Origin: an uncultured Verrucomicrobiales bacterium
Lineage (GTDB): Bacteria; Verrucomicrobiota; Verrucomicrobiia; Verrucomicrobiales; DEV007
Direction of reading: 5' to 3'
DNA length: 24,000 nt
NCBI GenBank assembly: GCA_937891465.1
Contig: CALAHF010000176.1
Span: forward strand, 30,983 to 54,982
The position numbers were made by a program, and so were the translations under genes. The notes beneath the pieces are model-generated. The model was given only the letters and a program-made list of their open reading frames with translations, did not search any database and was not told the DNA's origin. Positions 18,687 through 24,000 of this stretch are shown here, one piece after another. The first letter of the stretch is position 1. Each line of letters starts with the position of its first letter.

Positions 18687-19580
18687 ATGGCCATTCTCGT
18701 AGACGAAAATACCAAAGTCCTCATTCAGGGCATCACCGGATCATTTGGCGGACGCCACGCCCAACTTAGCCTGGACTATGGCACGCAAGTCGTCGCGGGT
18801 GTGACTCCTGGAAAAGGCGGTCAGAAATTTTCTGACGTTGTTCCTATTTATGACACCGTCGACGAAGCTGTTTCTGAAACAGGCGCGACCGTTTCTGCGA
18901 TTTTCGTTCCACCTCCGTTTGCTGCCGATGCAATTTTGGAAGCCGTCGATGCCGGAGTTGATCTTGCGATCGCAATTACCGAAGGCATTCCTGTGATTGA
19001 CATGATGCGTGTTCGTTCAGCGATGGAAGGATCAAAAACACGTCTTATCGGACCAAACTGCCCGGGCGTTGTTACTCCTGGAACGGGTGAGAATTCTCAC
19101 GGTGGTTGCCGCATCGGGATTGCCCCGGGTTACATCCATAAGCGTGGAAAAGTAGGTGTGGTTTCACGAAGCGGAACGCTCACTTACGAAGCGGTTTGGC
19201 AGCTTTCAGCTCTCGGCCTCGGTCAGAGCACTTGTGTCGGAATCGGTGGCGATCCAATCAACGGAACGTCCCACATCGACGTTTTAAAAATGTTCAACGA
19301 CGATCCAGAGACCGAAGCAATCATCATGATTGGTGAGATTGGCGGAACTGCAGAGGAAGAAGCAGCCGAGTGGGCCGCAGACAACTGCAACAAGCCTATC
19401 GCAGGTTTCATCGCCGGTGCCACAGCACCTCCAGGACGCCGCATGGGTCACGCGGGTGCGATCATTTCCGGCGGAAAAGGAACTGCCGAAGCGAAAAAAG
19501 GCGCGATGAAAGAAGCTGGAATCGTAGTCGCCGAGACCCCTGCCGAAATGGGCAGCGCGCTTGTCGAAGCAATGGGTTAA
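18687..19580 (+). CDS. sucD: Succinate-CoA ligase (ADP-forming) alpha subunit
   Basis: [86 protein letters not shown] (phospho-His region). Confidence 0.98.
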   Translation: MAILVDENTKVLIQGITGSFGGRHAQLSLDYGTQVVAGVTPGKGGQKFSDVVPIYDTVDEAVSETGATVSAIFVPPPFAADAILEAVDAGVDLAIAITEGIPVIDMMRVRSAMEGSKTRLIGPNCPGVVTPGTGENSHGGCRIGIAPGYIHKRGKVGVVSRSGTLTYEAVWQLSALGLGQSTCVGIGGDPINGTSHIDVLKMFNDDPETEAIIMIGEIGGTAEEEAAEWAADNCNKPIAGFIAGATAPPGRRMGHAGAIISGGKGTAEAKKGAMKEAGIVVAETPAEMGSALVEAMG

Positions 19581-19598
19581 TCCCCATTTTAGATTTTC

Positions 19599-19643
19599 AC
19601 GAACCAATAGGGTGCGTTCGCCGACCTTACCCTGTTGGTTCGT
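19599..19643. repeat. Long inverted repeat downstream of sucD (possible terminator, or member of the dispersed element family)
   Basis: ACGAACCAATAGGGT-(15 nt)-ACCCTGTTGGTTCGT, 15-bp stem with one G-U pair, followed by TTTG. Confidence 0.9.
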
Positions 19644-19653
19644 TTTGCCATTT

Positions 19654-19674
19654 CGAAGCAATAGGGTTGCTTCG
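19654..19674. repeat. Second short hairpin downstream of sucD
   Basis: CGAAGCAA-TAGGG-TTGCTTCG, perfect 8-bp stem; near copy at 4987-5007. Confidence 0.85.
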
Positions 19675-19734
19675 TAAAAGTGGTTATTTCACTACTTTCT
19701 ACAGTGAAATCGGTTAAATTCTCCGTAGTTCTGA

Positions 19735-21030
19735 ATGGAGAATAGTAACAAATCATCATCCGAACCCAGCGGTATGCGTTCGCTGGGAGCTGTGCTTTTT
19801 GTGCAGGCGCAAAATGCGTTCAACGACAATTTCGTGCGCTTTGTTCTCATGGGACTGGCGATGGCTGTTGCGAGCGGCACGGTATTGGGGGACAAAATTC
19901 AGTTCATCCTCTCGATTTTGATTACGCTTCCATTTATTCTGTTGGCACCAATTGCGGGATATTTTTCGGATCGGTTTTCGAAGCAATCCGTAATTTGGTG
20001 GTGCGCAGTTGCTCAGTTTGGGCTGTTTGTTTTTATTGGTGGATGTGTCTGGTTTCGTCAGATTGAATTCGCCATTGTGGGATTTTTTCTCCTTGCGGTT
20101 CAGTCGACAATTTTTTCACCCGCAAAGCAGGGGATTTTGAAAGAGATTGTGGGAACGCAAAAGTTGGGTTTTGCAAATGGGCTGCTTTCCATGTTGACGA
20201 TGGTGGGAATTTTGGCGGGAATGATTTTTTCGGGTCGATGGTTTGACCATCTTCTGAGGGGATATAACGAGGCGAGTGGCGTGAATTCCGAAAATGTTTG
20301 GAAGGCGGCCTTGATCCCAATTTTGGGGATCGGATTATTTTCTCTGACGGCATTGATCGGAACGAAAATGATTCAAAAGACACCGGAGCATCCTAGTGAG
20401 AAGTTTTCTCGAAGTATCTGGGTGAGGCACTTCGTGCATCTTCGGCAGCTTTTTCAGCAGCCTATTTTACGAAGAACCGCACTTTTTATCACGGCGTATT
20501 GGTTTATCGCCAATTCGTTGTTCTTCTTCTTTGTAGCTTTCGCCAAGAAGATTTATCCAAATGTTCAACAGGCTGGCCTGTCTTCTGCAATCGGGGAAAT
20601 GATGGTCGCAGTTGGTGGCGGATTGATCATTGGAAGTCTTTTGGTGTCTTTTATCAGTCGTAAACGGATTATTTTGAAGCTGTGCATTTTTGGTGCTTTT
20701 GGCATGGCACTTGGTCTTCTTGCAGTAGGTATTGTTGAACCTGGAATCACTCTCTGGTATGGCTGCCTTGGTGTAATTGGATTTTCGAGTGCCTTTTATA
20801 TCGTTCCTCTCAACGCTCATTTACAGGATCAGGCAGACCCCGAAAGCCGCGGACGAGTTATATCTGCGATGAATTTAATGACATCGATCGCGGCTGTTAT
20901 TGCCACTGGGATCGGAATTGTTTTAGATTTAAAACTGGAGCCATCGCAGCAAGTTCTGGTCTTCGTTGTTCCAACGGTCTTGGTTGGTATTTTCATTACA
21001 CTTGCCCAAAAATCGCTTCCGGTTGCGTAA
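19735..21030 (+). CDS. MFS transporter, LplT-like (lysophospholipid transporter family)
   Basis: About 12 hydrophobic segments; FVQAQNAFNDNFVRFVLMGLA, PFILLAPIAGYFSDRFSKQSVIWW, SPAKQGILKEIVGTQKLGFANGLLSM; directly upstream of a PlsC/Aas-like gene as in lplT-aas pairs. Confidence 0.8.
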   Translation: MENSNKSSSEPSGMRSLGAVLFVQAQNAFNDNFVRFVLMGLAMAVASGTVLGDKIQFILSILITLPFILLAPIAGYFSDRFSKQSVIWWCAVAQFGLFVFIGGCVWFRQIEFAIVGFFLLAVQSTIFSPAKQGILKEIVGTQKLGFANGLLSMLTMVGILAGMIFSGRWFDHLLRGYNEASGVNSENVWKAALIPILGIGLFSLTALIGTKMIQKTPEHPSEKFSRSIWVRHFVHLRQLFQQPILRRTALFITAYWFIANSLFFFFVAFAKKIYPNVQQAGLSSAIGEMMVAVGGGLIIGSLLVSFISRKRIILKLCIFGAFGMALGLLAVGIVEPGITLWYGCLGVIGFSSAFYIVPLNAHLQDQADPESRGRVISAMNLMTSIAAVIATGIGIVLDLKLEPSQQVLVFVVPTVLVGIFITLAQKSLPVA

Positions 21031-21060
21031 TTTCTGAATTGTTTTAGGTCACGATTGGAT

Positions 21061-23070
21061 ATGAATTCCCTGCTCCGAGGATTTTTTCGACTTCTACTGT
21101 TACCGCTGATCCGAACGATCTATCGGATTCGGGTGAGCGATGCGACGAACGTACCTGGGCATGGAGGCGTTCTGCTAATCGCGAATCACGTGACCTACAT
21201 TGATGCATTCATCATTTACGCCTCGTGTCCCCGGCCGGTGCGTTTTGTGATCGTAGACCACTATATGAGTTCGAAGCCGGTGGTGTGGTTTTTGCGTTTG
21301 TTCAATGCGATTCCGATCGACAAAAGTAAGCCGAAAGAAGCCATCAAAATTACGGCACAGGCAGTCAAGGATGGCGGCGTGGTTTGTATTTTTCCGGAGG
21401 GCCAGCTCACACGAACTGGCGTGATGAATGAATTACATCGCGGATTTCAACTGATCGCCCGGCAGGCCGACCATCCGGTGATGCCGGTTTACATGGACGG
21501 ATTGTGGGGATCGATTTTTTCTTTTGAGGGCGGCAAATTCATCAAAAAATGGCCGGATCGTCTGCCGTATCCGGTTTCGGTAGCGTTCGGAGAACCACAA
21601 TCGCCGAAGGAGGCCACTCCTGACTGGGCGTTTGAGGCATTGCTGGATGCATCCGTTGTAGCATTTGAAGCACGACATTCGTTTCAATGCAAAGAGCCGC
21701 TGGAGATTGCGTTTGTGCGGGCTTTGAAGAAACGGCCGTGGCAGATCATGTATTCAGAGCACGGCAAGTCGACGCGCGAGCTGAAGCGCAGTCAGGTTTT
21801 GGCAACGGCGATTGCGCTGGCGCGACGTTGGACAAAGGTTCCGCTCGATGACGAAGTGGATCGGATCGCGGTTCTACTTCCGGCGGGTCCTGCACCGGCA
21901 ATGATTAATCTGGCTCTCCTATTGGCCGGGAAAACGCCGGTGAATGTGCCGTTTGAAGTGATTGATGATGATTTGGCCGTTGCAGGATTTTCGAAGACAT
22001 TGAATGAATTGGGCGTCCGGACGATCATTACGTCGAAGCTGTTTGTTCCCCGTCTTGTGGACGTGTGGGAGGCTGACGAGGGACGTTTCATCGACATGAT
22101 GAGAGAGATGCAGGCGGCAGGGGCCGTTCGAATTTTATGCGAACGCATCCGTGCTTATATTGAGCCTACGTTTGTGACTCGTTGGCGTTTAGGGTTGAAT
22201 GAGAGTGCCCGGAATGCCACGACGGATGAAGCGGTTGGATTGGTGCCGGATGTGAATCGGCCTGCTATTTTTCTCACCGGAGCAGAGGTCCAGAAAAACG
22301 CGGCTCAAACGATGTCGACGAATTTTATTCGGCCCAACGATCGCATTTTGTCCGAACTGGCACTCAATACCCCTGAAGGAACTCATCTTTCGCTCTGGGC
22401 TCCACTTTTGAGCGGAAATGGCTGCATCATTAACCGCTCGCTCGCTAAAAAACTCGACCCAAGCTTAATGGAAGCGGTCGCGATTGAAGCCAAGGCAACG
22501 CTGATTGCGATAAACAAAGATGGCGTCGATCAGTTGACGAATTTGGAGGAAAATTGGGGAGGAAGCGCAGCGGTTTTTGTTCGAAATTTCCTGGTTTTTG
22601 GTCGGGAAATTACTGCGGGATCGGTCGAGAAAATTGAGAAAATTACCGGGCTGCCCGCGTGTCGTGGGTGGGGTTCAAAGATCATTGGCCAAATTGTATC
22701 GCTTAGCTTTCCGGATCCGGAAGACGTTCCCAATGATACCCCTGGCCCTGTTGAAAAGCAGATTGGATGCAATCCAGCGTCAGTCGGAAGGCTCTTGCCG
22801 GGCTTTTCGGCTCGGATTGAACGGGATTACGCGAGCCTCTTTAAAATTGGGGAGTTGTCCGTTCGAGCTCCGGTTTCGATCGCCCGAAAGGTGCTGGAAG
22901 CTCGCAAAAAACGAGGGGAAACTTCAGCGATTTTGCCAGAGCAGACTGGGTTGCCTGTGGTGCAAGCAAACCCTGTCGATTCGTTGCTTCAACCCTGTTG
23001 GATCGTCGGGGCGGACAAGGCCCGATTTGATGAGCATGGCCTGCTTTTCCTCGATGAAGAAGTGGATTGA
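21061..23070 (+). CDS. Aas-like fusion: N-terminal PlsC acyltransferase plus degenerate, C-terminally truncated AMP-binding (acyl-ACP/acyl-CoA synthetase) domain
   Basis: PlsC motifs NHVTYIDAF (HX4D) and FPEGQLTRTG; downstream acyl-adenylate-like layout (VAVLLPAGPAPAMINLALLLAGKTPVNV, CRGWGSKIIGQIVSLS, GRLLPGFSARIE, QPCWIVGADKARFDEHGLLFLDEE then stop). ATG 21061 is preferred over TTG 21055. Confidence 0.8.
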   Translation: MNSLLRGFFRLLLLPLIRTIYRIRVSDATNVPGHGGVLLIANHVTYIDAFIIYASCPRPVRFVIVDHYMSSKPVVWFLRLFNAIPIDKSKPKEAIKITAQAVKDGGVVCIFPEGQLTRTGVMNELHRGFQLIARQADHPVMPVYMDGLWGSIFSFEGGKFIKKWPDRLPYPVSVAFGEPQSPKEATPDWAFEALLDASVVAFEARHSFQCKEPLEIAFVRALKKRPWQIMYSEHGKSTRELKRSQVLATAIALARRWTKVPLDDEVDRIAVLLPAGPAPAMINLALLLAGKTPVNVPFEVIDDDLAVAGFSKTLNELGVRTIITSKLFVPRLVDVWEADEGRFIDMMREMQAAGAVRILCERIRAYIEPTFVTRWRLGLNESARNATTDEAVGLVPDVNRPAIFLTGAEVQKNAAQTMSTNFIRPNDRILSELALNTPEGTHLSLWAPLLSGNGCIINRSLAKKLDPSLMEAVAIEAKATLIAINKDGVDQLTNLEENWGGSAAVFVRNFLVFGREITAGSVEKIEKITGLPACRGWGSKIIGQIVSLSFPDPEDVPNDTPGPVEKQIGCNPASVGRLLPGFSARIERDYASLFKIGELSVRAPVSIARKVLEARKKRGETSAILPEQTGLPVVQANPVDSLLQPCWIVGADKARFDEHGLLFLDEEVD

Positions 23071-23118
23071 TTTGAGGTGGTTGAAATTCTGATTATTTCA
23101 GATATCTTAACTAATTCT

Positions 23119-23145
23119 GGGGATTCGAATTTCCCCTCGTTTTTC
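23119..23145 (+). terminator. Candidate rho-independent terminator after the PlsC-fusion gene
   Basis: GGGGA-TTCGAATT-TCCCC followed by TCGTTTTT, between the stop at 23070 and the next ATG at 23152. Confidence 0.5.
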
Positions 23146-23151
23146 CTCTGA

Positions 23152-24000
23152 ATGAAATCTGCTGCTCCCAAGCGGCCACAGCTTGCTGATTCGCGACTCG
23201 CGAAGGCAGGCTGGGCCATTGTTACCCCCGTTGCCCTGTGGTGTGAAAAACATCCCTGGTTGCGGCTTGTTGCGGGAATCGGGGCGTTTCTTCTCGCCAT
23301 TCTCGGGATCGTTCTATTCGGGATTTTTTTGCATTTTGATCGACTCGCGAGTGCTTATGATCTTCGGCAAATTGCGGTGATGCCTGAAGAATCGACTGTC
23401 TACGATGTTCGAGGCGAAGTGATTGGGTATCTTCATGGCGATGGCCGGACCGTGGTTCCGCTTTCGAAGGTGTCGCCGTATTTTCAAAAAGCGTTGCTGG
23501 CTCGCGAGGATAAGCGTTTTTACAAGCACGGTGGCGTTGACATGATTGGTGCGATGCGTGCCGGTCTGCGAAATACCAAAGACGGCGAAGTGGTTCAGGG
23601 AGCGAGCACGCTGACCATGCAATTGGCGAGGAACACGTTCGGGATGGAGGAAAAAACGATCCGCCGAAAGGTCATTGAAATGGCACTGGCGCGGAAGATG
23701 GACGCTGCTTTTACTAAAGAAGAAATTCTGGAGCTGTATGTGAACCGGATCTTTTTCGGGACGGGTCTGAACGGAATTGAGCAAGCGGCGCAGGGCTATT
23801 TCGGAAAATCTGCGGCGACACTCGATCTGCCGGAATCTGCAATGATTGCCGGAATTATCCGCGCTCCGAATCGGTTTTCGCCCTATCGCCACTACGACGC
23901 AGCGCTCGAAGAAATGCGCGACACGTTGGATCGAATGGTCGCCGAGAAGGCAATCACGAAGGACGAAGCGAAAGTAGCAAAAGATGCTCAGCCAAAAGTG
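23152..24000 (+). CDS. Class A penicillin-binding protein (PBP1A/1B-like), GT51 transglycosylase domain, C-terminus outside the window
   Basis: Single TM segment, then LLAREDKRFYKHGGVDMIGAMRAG, VVQGASTLTMQLARNTF, RRKVIEMALARKMDAAFTKEEILELYVNRIFFGTGLNGIEQAAQGYFGK. Open frame continues to the window end. Confidence 0.93.
   Translation, partial: MKSAAPKRPQLADSRLAKAGWAIVTPVALWCEKHPWLRLVAGIGAFLLAILGIVLFGIFLHFDRLASAYDLRQIAVMPEESTVYDVRGEVIGYLHGDGRTVVPLSKVSPYFQKALLAREDKRFYKHGGVDMIGAMRAGLRNTKDGEVVQGASTLTMQLARNTFGMEEKTIRRKVIEMALARKMDAAFTKEEILELYVNRIFFGTGLNGIEQAAQGYFGKSAATLDLPESAMIAGIIRAPNRFSPYRHYDAALEEMRDTLDRMVAEKAITKDEAKVAKDAQPKV

Noticed and set aside
23314-23892. Minus-strand ORF of 192 aa antisense to the PBP gene
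   Set aside because: Shadow of the GT51 domain reading frame, which carries all expected motifs.
1-24000. CRISPR arrays, tRNAs, rRNAs, IS elements, prophage or defence modules
   Set aside because: No regularly spaced repeats, cloverleaf-like sequence, transposase/integrase motifs or known defence proteins were seen in the reading frames. The helicase alone, without nuclease or partner genes, is not enough to call a defence system.

Overview
Ordinary-looking chromosomal segment, probably from a Verrucomicrobia-like bacterium (lineage is inferred from gene content only). It is densely coding, with no CRISPR array, phage, IS element, tRNA or rRNA that I could recognise. Genes left to right: PQQ/BamB-like beta-propeller protein (-, partial); glycosyltransferase family 9 heptosyltransferase-like gene (+) interrupted by in-frame stops; Ski2-like DEAD/DEAH helicase (-); OpcA-like protein (+); putative lipoprotein and a ~2000-aa TPR protein, translationally overlapped (-); SRAP/YedK-HMCES family protein (-); arsenosugar pair arsS-like and arsM-like (+); DUF1080 protein (+); sucC, a 6-pyruvoyl-tetrahydropterin synthase/QueD-like ORF, and sucD (+); LplT-like MFS transporter and a PlsC plus degenerate AMP-binding fusion (+); penicillin-binding protein 1 with a GT51 domain (+, partial). 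The most interesting signals are: (1) a dispersed family of small inverted-repeat elements with a CAAYAGGGT / ACCCTGTTG core, three of four loci just downstream of stop codons, two copies showing compensatory base changes; (2) a QueD/PTPS-like gene between sucC and sucD; (3) a double-hairpin, terminator-like leader ending 4 nt before the sucC start; (4) a PlsC fusion to an AMP-binding domain that appears to have lost its catalytic motifs; (5) a GT9 gene with two in-frame stops; (6) near-complete absence of Shine-Dalgarno sequences.
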